Source: Vicugna vicugna
Lineage: Eukaryota
Reading direction: 5' to 3'
Length of the DNA: 64,000 nucleotides
Assembly: GCA_013265495.1 (NCBI GenBank)
Contig: MU058059.1
Coordinates: forward strand, 3,201,502-3,265,501
The translations under genes were made by a program, and so were the position numbers. A model generated the notes under the pieces. That model was given only the letters and a program-made list of their open reading frames with translations, was not told the origin of the DNA and made no database searches. Below are positions 38,277 to 53,719 of the stretch, in pieces. The stretch's first letter is position 1, and the number at the start of each line of letters is the position of its first letter.

Positions 38277-40129
38277 TGAGATTTTCGTTACCATTCCTCT
38301 TGTACCCCATTTTATAGAATAACATTTGTATTTCAGGTTTATCATTTTGGGGTGGAAATTCATATATTCCTCACCCAAACATGATTTCTAATTGTAGATG
38401 AAAACAATTTGCTTTCTTTTCTTATTCTCATTGTTTATTAAAAATCTCTTACCATTTTCAGAACTAAATTTTTTGGGAAGCATTTCAGTGATGAAAGTTT
38501 TACTCAGTGATATGGAGCATAGAATATGGTAGATTTGAGAAAAAGTTGTTGAGTTCTTGTGGCCAAATTATTGAACCCACCAAATAAAAAAGTTTAGCCA
38601 CTTTAGATTCAGAAATGAGTCAGAAATACGTCCCTTCCAAAAACAAAAAAAATACTGAGGCTGCCTAAGCTCAATTTATAGTCCTTTTTTTCTCAAAACT
38701 CTTATATGTCAAGGATACTTGATATCAGTCAATCCCAGTTTTGCATAATAGATCAGAACCTTATTACTACCGCTATTTAATAAATTACTAGACTGTATTT
38801 TAGCCCTGAACTACTCATTTCTGGAAACTAATATGAACTTGAATGTTTGTTATATATTTATCAAAATTATTTTATTCCCTGAATGAAATATTATTAATGA
38901 ACTGTTTTTAAGAATGTTTTAGCGACACTCACAGAAAGTCAGTGTTACAGTCTTAAGTTTATGTAGAAAGCTCATATCCCCCTTTTATCTTTCTGGCCCT
39001 CTTAATGATCAGTATGGAAATAATCTTGACTCCAGAATTTGTGAAAATACTCTCAAGTCTTTTGAAATCCCCTGTGTTGACATAGCTTTAGAAATGCTTT
39101 ATTTTAGTGTACACTTTTATTAGGTAGGTTTCCTTGTGTGTGTTTGGCTCTCTCTTAGCTTGAACTAGAAATTGTTCTTAAACACTCATGACATTTTTAA
39201 ACCTTGAAAATTGCTTATTTGTAGTGATTAAGAAACTATGTGCTTTGTTCATTTTAAGTTACACAGACTTCTTCTAAAGGTTCAGAATCTTGTTTTTTTT
39301 GAAGCCTTACTCTCCTTGTCCCTAAGCATTGTTCTCCAGCTGTCACTAGGTCACTTGGCTGAGAAGAAGGTGCTTATGTGCCTTTACCTATGCAAGATTT
39401 AACTTTTCTCATGCTTTCTCCTTGGAAGTCCTTTTGTTTGTCATTTCTAAAGCAGTTATATTAACCAGGTTTTGTTTCCCAATGACAATGATATTCCTAC
39501 TAGTAGTTTGAAGAAGGGACTTAGAAAAATTCAAAGAATATTTTTAGAAGTAGGTGAGGTTTTAAAATAATATACTTCTCATTGAAAGTTTTATTATTGG
39601 ATCAGGTGGATTATTTGTCTTTTATTTTGCATGAAATAACGGAGAAAGGTTTAGTGAGATGTGAACTTTAGGCGGTGAATAAACAAATCTAATTTATATT
39701 TTATTAATGGGATTATATGCTTTTCCCCCCGCTACAGTTTTTCCACTATTTGAATTTAATGGGATGTTTTTTGCAGCTCTGTCTCTTTAAGACTGTTTCA
39801 TAAAACAAGCTCTTATTTTTCTTTTGAAACGGTTACATGCTAACCTTAAATGAGACTTTGATGGACTTGAGCATATGTTTATATTTTTGGTAGTCTGAAT
39901 TTATAAATTTTAGTACATCACAGATGAAGGCTTTATTTTCGCACGTGCACACATCCACACACACATACAAAGCATTAAGAAGAATTTCACCAGGCCCAAA
40001 GCAAAATGTCTTATTTATAGTCAAGCTGTCTTATTTTCATAATTAAAAGAATAAAATAGAATCCAGAGTACTATTAAGTGATACTTTTCATATGAAAGAT
40101 AATTACAGCATCGGACCTCAAATTTAACA

Positions 40130-41367
40130 TTGGTTTTCATATGGAATGTATTATATTTTAAACAGTGAGCTAAAACTATAAAGAATAAAGTTATAGAAGG
40201 GAGAAATATTTACAACATATATGGCAACCCTTATTTTTATTAGTGGTTAAAGTTCTTTTAACGTGAAGAGAAAAACATAAAAATGAGAGAATGAACAAAA
40301 AATAAAGGCAGGTAGTTCAGAATAACCAAAGTATAGTTACCAAAGAAATATATGAAAAAAAATGTATTAATAGTAGTCAAAGAAATACAGTTTATAATGA
40401 TTAACACAATTGTCATTGGCCTAACTTAAAAACTGGTCCCTGGTTTGAAATAAGAACTTGCTTTAGTTGGTCTGAATTACAGGAATACCTTGTTGGAGGT
40501 AAATATAACAACATATATTAAAAACTAAAAGTTCATTAACATTTGACTTATTCTTTTGGCATTTATTTTATACAGACAATTACTGATGAGAGTAAAAATC
40601 ATCTTCAAGTATGTTTATCTCAGTTTTCTTTATAATAACAAAAAAAGGAACATAGTTCAAGTAGTATAGAATTTGTTAAATTGTACTAAATTCAATGAAG
40701 AAGTGATTTTTTATCCTTAAAAATAACATTGTAGAAGAATATGCAGTATGACATGGAAAGATGTTTATAGTACACAAAGTGAAAAAGCAGGTTATGAAAT
40801 GATATATACTATTTGATTTTAAGTCATATTCTTTATCTATATGCATATTCACACAAGGTGTATATAAACACACATACGGAAAGATAAGATTGTTTAAATA
40901 TAAAGACTGTTTCCTTGTAGAACTAAGCCTAAACCTAGTGGGTTTATTATGGCTTCTGAACAAAAAATGTAAACATTGGAAACCCTGACTTAGTGAAAAA
41001 TGAAAGAACAAAGAGGGAGGAATAAGGAAAAAATACTAATAGTGCTACCCAGCTGGACATCTCTTGTAGCAAGGGATTAACTGATATTGTTTAAAACTGA
41101 AATAACATGGTTTTTTTAAAATTATTACTTAAAATTTTTAATCTTTCCTTATTTAAAATGCTTTTATCTGTATGTTTATATATATGTGTGTGTATATATT
41201 TTAGTATGTGATATCTCTTATAGAGAAGCATTTCCTCTAGTTTTGTTTCATGTTGGCTTAAACTAAAATTAATCTTACACATTTTTATTTAAAGATAGCA
41301 CATATATATGATATTTGCTTACTGTTACTTAAATTGATTTCTCTTTCCCTCTGCTAGTTCATCTGTC

Positions 41368-41406
<39 letters not shown>

Positions 41407-41560
41407 GAGAGAGAGAGAGGCTTTGAATGATGCTCACGAGGTGTTTACATTTTATTTCCAGGATTTGGGAATGATTTGTTACTTTCTTCTTTGTATTCTT
41501 TTATATGCCTTGAATTTTTTAAGTAATAAGCATACATTATTTTTATAAAGCACAGTCATT
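40130..41560 (+). mobile_element. Old L1ME-like ORF2 end / 3'UTR relic
   Basis: A-rich; gggagaaatatttacaacatat, atgacatggaaagatgtt...aagtgaaaaagcaggtta. Confidence 0.5.
41367..41419. repeat. Compound microsatellite (TACATA)n(GA)n
   Basis: About six CATATA units directly followed by a GA run. Confidence 0.9.
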
Positions 41561-42124
41561 ACTTTTTTAAAATGACATTTATATTGTCCAAGGAGGGCTC
41601 AGTGGTCCTCAGAATCAGCAGTGCCATCAACTGGACGAGTCACTCTTAGTCTTCATTTTGAGATACCCCAGTGTATCTTCAACTTCCTAAATTCTTAATT
41701 TAATATTTTTTAATTTTTTGAAAGGTAAGACTTTCTAGAAAAGTAATTACTTGACTAGAGAGATAAAATTTGGGGGAAAATTGCAGTGTAATTTTGAAGT
41801 CATGCCAGTGGGTCCTTATAGCTATATCATAATCCTATACATTTCAACAAATCTCCAGTGTATCTACTTACATCATTCCAGTATCTATCCCACATTGTTC
41901 TGTCCTGTCAGAATTCCCATAAACTTTGTCCATGAAATGTTGAGAGGCTAGTGTATACAGTGACTCATTGAGCCCATGGATGCAACTACATCTTACCCAG
42001 AAGACAAATTACTTCTTACACGTACTGTGTCAGCTTGTTTTATCACTTATTTTTAGCCTTTATTTTCAGTCTTCCCTCATGCAGAATCCTGACAGGGTAA
42101 ATTGCTGTAGCTGTAACAGAGGCA

Positions 42125-42290
42125 ATTTATAGCATCGTGTTTATTATCAGAGGCTTTGGAGCCTGGCAGCCCAGTGTTGACTCCCTACTCAGCCCCCTGC
42201 TAGCACTGGCCAGGTAAACTGAGTTCATTATGAGTCCCAGTTTTATCATCTGTAAAAGTGCATATAATACCAGCTTCAGAAAATTCTGAC
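42125..42290 (+). mobile_element. MIR SINE
   Basis: ggctttggagcctggcagcc ... cagttttatcatctgtaaaa. Confidence 0.65.
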
Positions 42291-42329
42291 CTTTGAGTGC
42301 AAATCAGTTTGCAGTACGTTAATTAAAAC

Positions 42330-42770
42330 AGAAACCTGGCTAGCACTGACTTAGAGATTTTTAATCTAATGTGGTAAGACCAAGCAGAGGCAGGCTAGAG
42401 TTGGTATAGCAGTTCAGTAATGCCTTCAGGGCCTGGGCTTTTCTCATGTTTCTGCTCTGCCACCCTTAGCTCATCATAGGCTTTGTCCTTAAATATTTTG
42501 TCTTACAGTCACGAGATACCCTTCCTGGGCAGAAAGTAAGAGAGGAAGGACCAAGTAGAGAAGTCTCTCTCTCCCAGTGAGACTTGGCTTTTTTGCTGGT
42601 GAGACAGCCTTCCTAGGAACTTCAGCCCGTACCTCATGTTGGTTAGGCCTCTCTAGTTGCAGGGGAGTCTGAAAAGTCACATTCGGAGCTGGGCGAGTTG
42701 TCACCCTGATCAGAGGTGGAGTATTCCTGGTGGGAGAAGGGGAGAGTGCATGTTGAGTGGACACCTTACA
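42330..42770 (-). mobile_element. MLT1-like MaLR LTR relic
   Basis: tctgctctgccaccctta and ctctagttgcaggggagtctg motifs typical of reverse-complement MLT1. Confidence 0.55.
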
Positions 42771-43866
42771 GTACTGCTGCTCTATAGCACACTTTAGCGC
42801 AGTAAGTAATAACTGATAACTACTGTTACCTCGAATAGTTACTAAAATTTTACCTAAGTGACCTTTATTCCTGCACTATCACTCTTAAAATCATATTTAT
42901 TTTCTTTCCTGATCTAATAGCATCAAGAGAAAGCCACAGTCCCTTGACGAGAAAGCACTGAACAGCTGTCTTGAGGCTGTACGTGAGGGAGTCTCTTCTT
43001 GGCCTCCAAGCTAGACTTGCAATTATTTTGTTAAGAGCATCTTAGCAGATTGTATCTTTATTATACCCTGAATTACTTATTTTTTATTCATTCATAGGAG
43101 TAGGGTTACGGGGTTAAAAGGGTTAAAATTTCTGTGATGTTTCTCCAAAATGATTATACCTAGGTATAAAGCCTCCAGGAGTGTACCACTGTTCTTCAGT
43201 CTCAGATAACATCAGGGCACGTATTCCTTTAGATCTGATAGATCGAACGTTCTTCAGGGTTAAACCAGTAGTACTTCTAAAACTTTAGTTTGCCTGTTTA
43301 AATAAGCAGAAAAATACAACATTCTTTACTTTTTAAAAATATTTGTTTCCTCTTAGTAAGCATTATTTATTTACTTACTAATTTTTTCTTTTGGCATATG
43401 TGAGTAAGTGTGGTATGAGAAAATCCACAGGGGCGCAGTATGATCTGTTCCCAAACTCCACGGTGGCGGTTGTTGAACACGTTCAAACGTTTTAAACTAA
43501 ATTTCTGCTGGCCAGCCTTAAAAGTTCTGTTTTCCTGAGGCTTCAGATGCCTTTAAAGGATTTACCCTATTGAATATGACTCAAGCAAATTTGGAAAGGG
43601 AAACTTACATAAAAAAAGAAACATGATTTTTCTGGTAACTGTGTTAAAGTAGGAGGTAAAATCAGTGCTTTGCTTAATAAGGATAGTCATCTTTTGGTGA
43701 TTTTCATGGAGATTACTTATTATAGATTTAATCCCATCTATTCCCCCCTGTGTTTTATTATAAAAATTTTGAAATACCCACTGCAAACTTTTAAAAATCA
43801 TTCTTGATATTTTTCTTGTTCTCTTGCAATCCAAAACAGAATATTAGCTTAAAATAATGGCTTTTA

Positions 43867-44036
43867 CAAGAAGGATTTACTGTATAGCACATGGAACTAT
43901 ATTCAATATCTGTAATAGACTATTATGGACAATAATCTGAAATATATATATACATATATATAAAACTGAGTCACTTTGCTGTACACCTGACATCAGCACA
44001 ATGTTGTAAACCAGCTATACTTCAATTAAAAAAAAG
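43867..44036 (+). mobile_element. L1 3' end (artiodactyl type) with poly(A) and TSD
   Basis: actgtatagcacatggaactatattcaat...gctgtacacctga...ctatacttcaatt(A)8; TSD atggctttta at 43857-43866 and 44037-44046. Confidence 0.88.
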
Positions 44037-45531
44037 ATGGCTTTTAAAATATAAATATTGCTCGTCTTGCCTTGCTGCCAAGAACTTACTGGGGAGAGAG
44101 AATTGCTCTACTTAGTACTCAGTGTTTTACAAAAACCTCATAGGTAGCAATAATCTCATTGTGGTCTGGTCTCAGTAGAGCACCGAAGGAAGAAGTGGTT
44201 GAGTAAAAGGACAGGATATAGAAGTTTTAAATTTTCTAGCTTCTTAATTGCATTTTTATAGAATACACATTCAGATGCTCCAAATATAAACATACTTATT
44301 TGAGTAAGAGCCAGAGAGTGTTATGGAGTCAGAGTGGATTAATTACTGCCAAAGGAAGGTTTGGATGAACTGTTAAACTACTTTCTTATATTAATGAATA
44401 TAACCGAAAGTTCATTTTATCCCTCATTCTTTAATCTGTCACAGTAATATCTGCTCCAGTAATCCATTTGATTCAGTTTGTTGGTGCTGCTTATTGATTG
44501 CCACTTTTTCTTTGCTTTCCAGTCTACGGAGGCCTATTTAAATTTTTACTTGCCTTTAAACGAAATGTCAAATATTCTTCATGGAATTCTTCTAGTTGCT
44601 GACTTAATGTGTTTAGTCTTCAAATATAAGTATTTATTGGAAGGCTTGTAATTCAGTTCATTTACCCATTTGCTCTAGAATTGGTCTAAATGTTATTAAT
44701 GATTTCTCTTTCAGTTGAATGATCCTTATTACTAAACTTTTAGGCTTATCTTTAAATTTTTCGAATACTATGTTTAAGGGTTACTTGTTCTCTAAGTTGA
44801 TTTTCTCCCAACATTTTTATTTCCTTACACCTAAAAAATGAATAATGTCTATAATAATGATCCTGGAGAGAAAAGTGTAAGCCAGTAGATTGAAAATGTG
44901 AAGATCAGAATAATATTATTTTGAGTTAAGATAGCTTATTGCTTGAAAGTAAAAGTATTTGCTCTGGCCTTATTGCCAAAAGTCAGTTCTCCATATTGTT
45001 GTTTGTCTTCTTCGTTGAGTTCTTAGCTGATAAATGTTTTGATTTAGACAGCTTTTTTTCTAAGAGGTCTTTAGTAGTGGTCAGTGTAGTAATTCATACC
45101 ATTTGAAATGTATATCATTTATAGAAAGGTCTGTGATCTGGAATGATGCTGTGGTCTAAAATGTTCTGTTGTCTTGTGAGTAGTTTTGGTATTCATAGAA
45201 CAAAAAAGGTTGATGCAAGTCCATTATTCAAAAGTCATTTCTAAAGACAAATTCTAAACAAAAAAACAGTGATGGAGTACTGCCTCTTTCATCATTATTC
45301 AGAGATTGAAAAAAATATATATCCTCAAAAGAGATGATATGTTTTAATAAGCAGCACCAGTGACAACTGTTATCGCAAGGTACATGGTTGACTTTCTCAA
45401 CTTTAATATTCCAGTTAAAGAAACTGAAATCTTAGTTATTGGCCAAACCTGTGATTTAAATGTACTTTTGGCTTTACCTTTAAAATATAATCTTTTGGGA
45501 AAACAATGATACATCATTGACTAACTAGTGA

Positions 45532-45687
<156 letters not shown>

Positions 45688-48600
45688 TAGATTATCAGGG
45701 GCTCCTGTTTAGCCAGTGGTTTCTGTCACATTTACAATTAATTATTGTGCTATAAACAACTTACTTTCAAACCAGTGTGTAGATGTCTTTGTTTGGATAA
45801 GTGAACTATATGTGAATGACACGAAATTTTCCAATTTTCTTTTGAGCTATGCGGTGCATCATACCCAAGACATGCCCTGTATGAACATTGTAAGCAGGGT
45901 GCATACCGCCACTAAGGTGTTGTGCAGTGTACTGTGGGGGCGCCGCTCACCTAGAAAAGTGTTCAAGTCAGCTCCTTGGAGTTGTGCGGTGCAGTGACCC
46001 CTGTGGGAAGGTACCCGAGAGCCTTAGTCTCTTTGCTGTACTCCCCGACAAGGTATACCACGTGTATGGATGGTGGTAGGCAGTGTTGTCTTACTCTTAA
46101 ATCATGCAGTGTTTTTTGTTTTTGTTTTTTTTTTAAAAACACCCTTAAAAACTTTTTTGGTTGACCTCCTTAGTCTGTTGACTTCGCTGCCCATGTTGAA
46201 TTTCAAAGTGGATCAAAACACTAGGTTTCTTGGAAAAATGCCATTAAAGAGTAAATATATTCTCTGGTATGTGTAAACTAATTAATTGTTTTGATTGTCT
46301 TTTTTCCTTTTTAATGAGCTTACATTCTTGTCTCTGAACTGTTTTTAATGTAAAATACTGTGTAGTCCCTGATTGTCCAGTTTTTAGCATATGACATTTA
46401 AGTCTAAAAACTGAAATAAATTTTCTGTTTCTGATGTACTTTGTATTTATTTTATAGATTTGTAGGGTTGGTATAAAACCAAATAGTTATTCGTAAAATT
46501 ATCTTAAAAGCTGTTAAATTGAGCTGATAAGTCAATAATACTTAGTTATCAAAATTTAGGGGTGGGAGGCATGTTTACAATAAGCATTAAATTGAAAAGA
46601 CCTACTCTTGTGGAGTTCAGTGTTCTTTCCTAAAATGAGGCTCCTAAGTACCAGGATGCACCTAAAAGAGCTGTATGTGACGAAGCCATCCACGATCTGA
46701 GTATGACTGCTGAAAGTCAGAACAGGAGAGCCCCCAGCTGTTAGAGATTGTGTAGATATTTCAGAACGAAAGAGTATTTGACAGCGTTTTTCCTCAGAAT
46801 TGAAGTATATACATTCTAAATGTGATTGATTTAACTATGTTCCTCTGTATTTGAGTTTGTGCTCCATTGCTTCATTCTTTATACAGTGACTACTTTGTGG
46901 AAAACGTTATATTCTTTAGTTTTTGAGATACTGATATATTTATGAACCAGATCCCCAAGAAAAACAATTTTGTCTCTTCTCCTTAATATGCTTAATTGGG
47001 ATGTGACATTTTGGAGCTTTCTATTTCTTCTGACATGACCTGGAAAGAAGGCACTGATTTTTGAGATTATAAGACTGAGACATCTCTGTTATTCTAAAGA
47101 TCCTCTGAACCTTGAAAGAAAGAATGTTGGATTCTTGAAAAGTCCCAATACCTTTTTCTTTAGTCTTAAGTGAATCACTTGGATTTTTCTTTAAAAATCT
47201 CTTAAGATGGCTGAGTGGAATTTCAAGTCTATAGTAGATTGTGCTGAATGAGTATGTGTGTCAGTGTTTCTGTGTTTAAATTTTAAAATTCTGACCCATT
47301 AATCAAATAAATAAATATGTATTTCAATTACTGAAATTTGAAAAAGTACCTAACTTTTTCTAGTATATATAGTATATGATCATTTTTTACTTATGACAGG
47401 TCAGAGGAAACAAGTTCTTCACTGGATAGATCCCAGATTGTCAGAATTTTGTTGAATGCTTTAAACTTGAAAAGGCAAACTTTGCAACATGGTAGCCTAA
47501 CATTTATGTTTTTGAAGAATGGTATATGGTTATCTCTAGTCTAGCTGTTCACTTATCTTCTTTTCCTATCTCATGTAAAGCATGAACTCAGATAACTAAA
47601 GTAACTCAGTTAAAGAAAAAAGTTCATTTTGGATGCTGATATCTAATTGAAATTTTTGCTTGAATATTTGGAGTATATCCAGTTAGTTTATTCTTCTCCA
47701 GAATGTAATAATTATCTCTTTGCTCATTGGCAGCATGGAATTCTAATAATGAATTTATAATTGTCTTACTATTTTCTATAAACAGTATATATCACTGTAG
47801 AGCATATTTTTTAAAACATTGTATTAAAATGCAGTCAATACCAAAAAATAATTATTTTGCAAATGAGAAAGTAAAAGACAAAATTTTTTCCAAAATTTTA
47901 GAAAGTCTTTTAAGGATAGAGGTATTATGTGTTTTTTATTTTGCTTCCTATAATTACTGAACTTACTTTCCTGAAAATAACTTTTCTCCTTTCTATAAAA
48001 TTGTCACACTTAAATATTTAATTCTGGGTGAGAAGTACATTCATTACATTTAAAGATTTGTTATTCAAATAGAAAAGTATTAAAACTACAGCAATCATGG
48101 TTCTTCATTAAATATGAAGCATACAGAACATTATTAGGAGAAAGTACATGTTTCTGGAAAAAATAGGCCTGTTCAAAAGACCTGTTAAGGGCTTTGTAAT
48201 TTAGTAGGCTAGGTGAAACACTGTGCTGAAACTGGATTTATACTAATTGGATCATTAATGATAATAAAATGACAAACATGAAAATAGAAGAATATATTAG
48301 AACTATTAATATAGACTGACTTTTAAAGTGTTGAAATTTTTAATGTAAAATCAAATATCAGCTAAATGGATATTTTAGGAACTATTGAATTTTGAGTGAT
48401 TTGTGGGCAGCAGAGTTTAAATATTAAGACCTTTAATTTTTCTAGGCCATTAAGACGCCAGTTTATCCATTTTATCCTAATTAACTAATACATTGGAAGT
48501 TTTTATGCCTTAAATAATAATACAATAATACTTAAATAATATCAAACTTTTTTTAGTTTCTTGAATCTTGCTAGATCAATAAATACTTACCTCCTAGAGT

Positions 48601-49025
48601 AATCCAGCTGCTGGCCACGTCTGTCTGGAAAAATACCCAGTATTGACTACTGAGCCATCCCTTCTCCCACTCATTTTTGCTGTTTTACAGGGAGCTTCAA
48701 ACCTGGGTCAGTAAAGCCCAGATGTCGGTATAGGATTTCCCAGGAAGTAGATGCCTAGACAGTTAATAATAGGCAGGTCCTCTCAGGGGACTACCTGAAC
48801 TAATCCTCAGGAAGTCCTAGAGGAAGAACAGACACCTGTGTGTCTTTGAGCTGTGAAGTCCACTTCCATCTGAATATTCCAGCACTTCATGGGGAATTCT
48901 AGCTGCACTGCCAGAAGTTTTCCCAAATAGCTAAATCTGAGAGCTGACTTTTTGATAGATCTTTGAAAAACTCCTTAGAATTTTTTGTATCTTTGCAGAT
49001 TCTCTGTTAACTTCCCCCTCCACCC

Positions 49026-49027
<2 letters not shown>

Positions 49028-49076
<49 letters not shown>
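49028..49076. repeat. Perfect (CA)24 microsatellite
   Basis: Uninterrupted 49-nt AC/CA run. Confidence 0.97.
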
Positions 49077-49079
<3 letters not shown>

Positions 49080-49620
49080 TTTAATTTGCTCTGTTTTAAC
49101 TTTGACTGATACTATGCCTTGTTCAACTATCCTATGACTGGAATGAAGTGATCTGCTGCTTTTTTTCAGTAATTATTCTTTGTGATGTGACTTGTCTTAA
49201 ATATTTGTCTCCTTAGAAGATTGTACAAATATTCAGTGGAATTAGGGAAGTAATATGAAGGAACATGGCTATTTAGGCTTAGCAGTAATTAAGAAGAATA
49301 AAATTATAATGAATGAAAGAGAAGTTTCGAAGATGCAAAACTAAGGAATGTTTGAAATATTATTGAAGAAGTTAAATATTAATAGAATCATTAAAATACA
49401 AATTTTACTAGGGCTGAATTTCCAAATGTTTCTAATTTTCTGAAAATTATACAATTAAAAGTATTTTTCAAAGCATTCACAAAGAAAATTGTTCATGTAA
49501 TGGAAGCCTGGTGCTCTCTCGTCTGCCTACTGCTAGTTCGTTTGTTACACACGTTTCTCGTGTACACGTATAGCATCTGTTTTTAGAAAGTCTTTTTATG
49601 TTTTACTTTTGAGTGCTTAA

Positions 49621-49827
<207 letters not shown>

Positions 49828-50055
49828 TGAGTCCATGTGTGTCCTTAGTTTTCCTCACAGTGTGGCCTTATCTTACCAATTACTTTTAAGTACTTTAAAT
49901 TTTTTAAATTCTTTTCTGGATTTAATCAGAATTTTTTATAAGTTTGTAACTTTACATTTATTTGTGTGACAGTTGTTTATTGTCTGTATCCTCCACTAGA
50001 TGAAAGACTGTACAAGAGTGGACATTTAGTAAATACTTGTCAAGTAGAATGCATA

Positions 50056-50272
50056 CAGTTGACCCTTGAACAGCACAGTTTGAACTGTGTGGGTCCACTT
50101 TGTGCAGCTTTTTTCAATAGTAAATACTAAGTACTACACGATCCACAGTTGGTTGAATCTGCAGATGTGTGACTGAGAATACAGAGAGCCAACTGTAAAT
50201 TGCATCCGGATTTTCAGATGCAGGGAGGGTAGGTGCCTCTCCCTAATCCCCAAGTTGTTCTGAGGTCAACTG
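50056..50272 (+). mobile_element. Tigger2a-like (Tc1/mariner) MITE with both ends intact
   Basis: TA|cagttgacccttgaac ... gaggtcaactg|TA; 217 bp. Confidence 0.9.
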
Positions 50273-52408
50273 TAATTTAGAAATGATCAGTCAACTTGAG
50301 AAATCTGTTGCAGGACTGTGTGCTTTTACCTTGCTCCGAAGTTTTTACCCCAGGTTCTGCAAAGCTGCTTCTAGGTTTATAGTTTACTTTTCAGTTCATT
50401 AGCACCTTGCTGAAGGCTGATAATCTTATCACATGCATTTAGAAGCAAGGGTATAATCCATGTTTTGTTAAGATCTACTAAAATTTATTTTAAAAGGAAA
50501 AATATCTACAGTATACTATATAAGTTTATTTCATATTTCATTTCACACTTCCAGTTAAGGAGTGGCTCTACGCGTGCGTGTGTGTGTGTTTGTGTATATG
50601 TGTTTATTCAAGTACTTTACCTTCCATAAATAATTGAAAATGGCTCACCAGCAGGACCAAAACAAAGAGGGAACAAACATACCAACCTAATTTATTAAAA
50701 GAGCTTTAAAATTAAGAGAGCTGGGCCGAGATAGTAATTACTGTTGAGCATTGAATTTAACTATACATTCTGATAGCTAACAACACAAAAGAAAAATTTT
50801 AAGTTTTATAGTTCTCATTGACCAATACAAGAAGAAGGTAAATCAGTTTTGTCTAGAGAAGAAAATTTTCTCTTTTGACGCTGAATTGAAGGCCTCTTTA
50901 TGTAAGACTTTGGGTAAATAAAAGACCCTGTTTAAATGCATTGAAAAGGACACAATTTTTCTAGTGAACTTTTCCTGTGTTGGTTCTTTTTAAAACAATG
51001 GGACAAATTAATAAAATCCTTATAGTTTCTTTGTATCATAGTTTCCATCAAAGCATTGAGTGTGTCTTACACCTTTCACTAATAAAAACATGTTAGGGCT
51101 TCCTGCTTTTTTACGTAGAGCATGTTGGTTTGGTTATTCTCCTGCCTTTTGACCCACAGTTTGGGAAAGATTGTGGCCAAATTAAAGATATTAACAGTGT
51201 TGAACTTCAAATTTCCTGTAAAATCTTGACCCTGAGTTGTATTTAAAGTTAGATGGGAAGACTTGTATTTTTCAAAACTTTTTTTAATACTCTGAACCTC
51301 TATCCTTAGAATAAAGTAAAGAGTTAATACAGTAAGGCAAAAAGCTAAAATCCTCTCCCATTTCCAGTAACCTCCCCCCTTGAGAGGTACCCACTATTAA
51401 CAGTTTATCTTCTAGAGATTTTCTAGGTACAGACATGCAAATATATATCTTTTGTTAGAGTTTGTTTTAAATATAAATAAGATTACTATAATACTGTTCT
51501 GCAGTTGGTTCTTTTCATTAAGGGTACATCTTAATCATCTATCAACATATATAAAACTAGAGTGGAAAGCTTTTGAAATATCAAGCTGTCTGCCAGCTTG
51601 TAAGATACACTTGGAGTTTAGGGTTCATCGTTTTATCCATTACATAATTAATTTTCCATGTTTTGTTATGTTTATCTGGATTGCCATTATGGATAGCACT
51701 GTTATTTTGTGTAAACATTACTTTGGTATGGCGAACAAAATTTTGTATGAATTAATTCCTTTGAGTTGTGTGAGTTTAAAAATACGTCCTTTTTGCTTTT
51801 AAGAAGTTAAACTGCTAATTTTCTAAATAAATAATTTGACTATGGAGATTATAATAAAAATCATGTATTCGTTCAACAAATATTACGTGAGTATCATTAT
51901 GTACCAAGAAGTCTTCTGAGCAGTCCTCACTGTTCTAAGAGTTAGTCCTTCTAAGTCTTCTCGCTCCTCTGGAGTGTGCATTATAGAAATACATAGATAA
52001 GAGATGGTTACTGACACAATGTACTTTAAAATCCAAAAGGTAAATTTTTAACTTTTCTTATTGAGAAAAGGATGATAATACTTTAGCACTCTAATTATGT
52101 CAGTTTGCAAGGAAATTATTATATGACACTAGAAAATTATTTTTCATAGACCTTTTTCTCTTAGAGCTGTTATTTCTTTGAAATAGTTTAAAATTTTCAG
52201 AATTAATGATAAGCTCTGTACATATGTCTTCAATCCTTGATTGACTAAGAAACCAGTTTTTTTGTTTGTTTGTTTGTTTTCCCAGTTCTGAAACAGGGAG
52301 GGAGAGCACTTAGGGCATCATCTGGTTAACTGTCTTTTTTTGATAGAAAATTGGAACAAAAGTCAAATGATGGGAATCAAAAAAATTTTTTTCTCTTTTA
52401 GCAGTCCA

Positions 52409-52623
52409 TTTTTTTTATATTAAAGTACAGCTTATTTACAGTGTTGTGTTAGTTTCAGGTATACAGTTAAGGGATTCAGTTGTACATAACTGAAGAATAA
52501 GAATATGTCTGTGTATTCTTTTTCAGACTCTTTTTCAGACTCTGTAGATTATTACAGGATACTGAATATAGTTCCCTGTGCTGTACAGTGGGACCTTGTT
52601 GTTTATCTGTTTTGTGTCTGTAT
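52409..52623 (-). mobile_element. L1 3' end (artiodactyl type)
   Basis: T-tail, tttacagtgttgtgttagtttcaggtatacag, tgaatatagttccctgtgctgtacagt; diverged TSD cagtccatttttt / cagcccacttttt. Confidence 0.85.
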
Positions 52624-53111
52624 CAGCCCACTTTTTAAGGACCTTTTTCCAGACTGTCCTTATTTCTTACAGAGGTTAACCTTCTTTTCATAGTAACATC
52701 ATCTATGACCTTAAATTGCACCTAATATCACAATAGAACTGCAGTATGTTGAGTCGGCGGTGTAAACTCTAGCCTTCAGTGTGATTTCATCTAGGTCTTA
52801 AAATAATATAACATGCCATGAAAAGTACCTTTTGTTCGCAGTTTATCAAATTATTCATTGAGCAGACACTTAATAGGGTATATACTTGATACTTTGTTAT
52901 TGTTTTAAACCAACTTTCTGCATTGACAGAATAAAAATTTTTTTCTTGATTGGCTCATGCAATATTTGATAATCCTAAAGGAAGATCTACTCCATGTAAT
53001 TGGGTCAAATTATTAATGTATCATCCAAGTCAATTTTCAGATTGTTAGGTTAAGAAGATATTCCCCCTGTTCCAGGAAGTTAGCACATTACTTGTAAAAA
53101 CCTTTAAATGA

Positions 53112-53378
<267 letters not shown>

Positions 53379-53719
53379 TAAAGATTATTAGTCAGAACTA
53401 AAATTTTGAATTTCTTATCTAACTCGATTCTAGTTACAATTTAATCTACATTCCTCATTCCTAAAGGTATACTTGACTACAAAACTGTTTTTGGAATGTA
53501 TATGTAAAACTGTGATCTCTGCTACAATTCCATGTCAGTAGTTACTCATATTTTTAAATATTAAACTTACATTTTAGTTGATATATTACCGTATAAATTT
53601 TTATCCAATGTAGGTTCTAGGTGAATTCAAGTTACATAATGTTTTCACAGTAGTTTGTCTTCCAGGAACATGTATTAGCTTTTACATGAGGACTGTGAGA
53701 GCAGCGATGGTTGTTTCAC

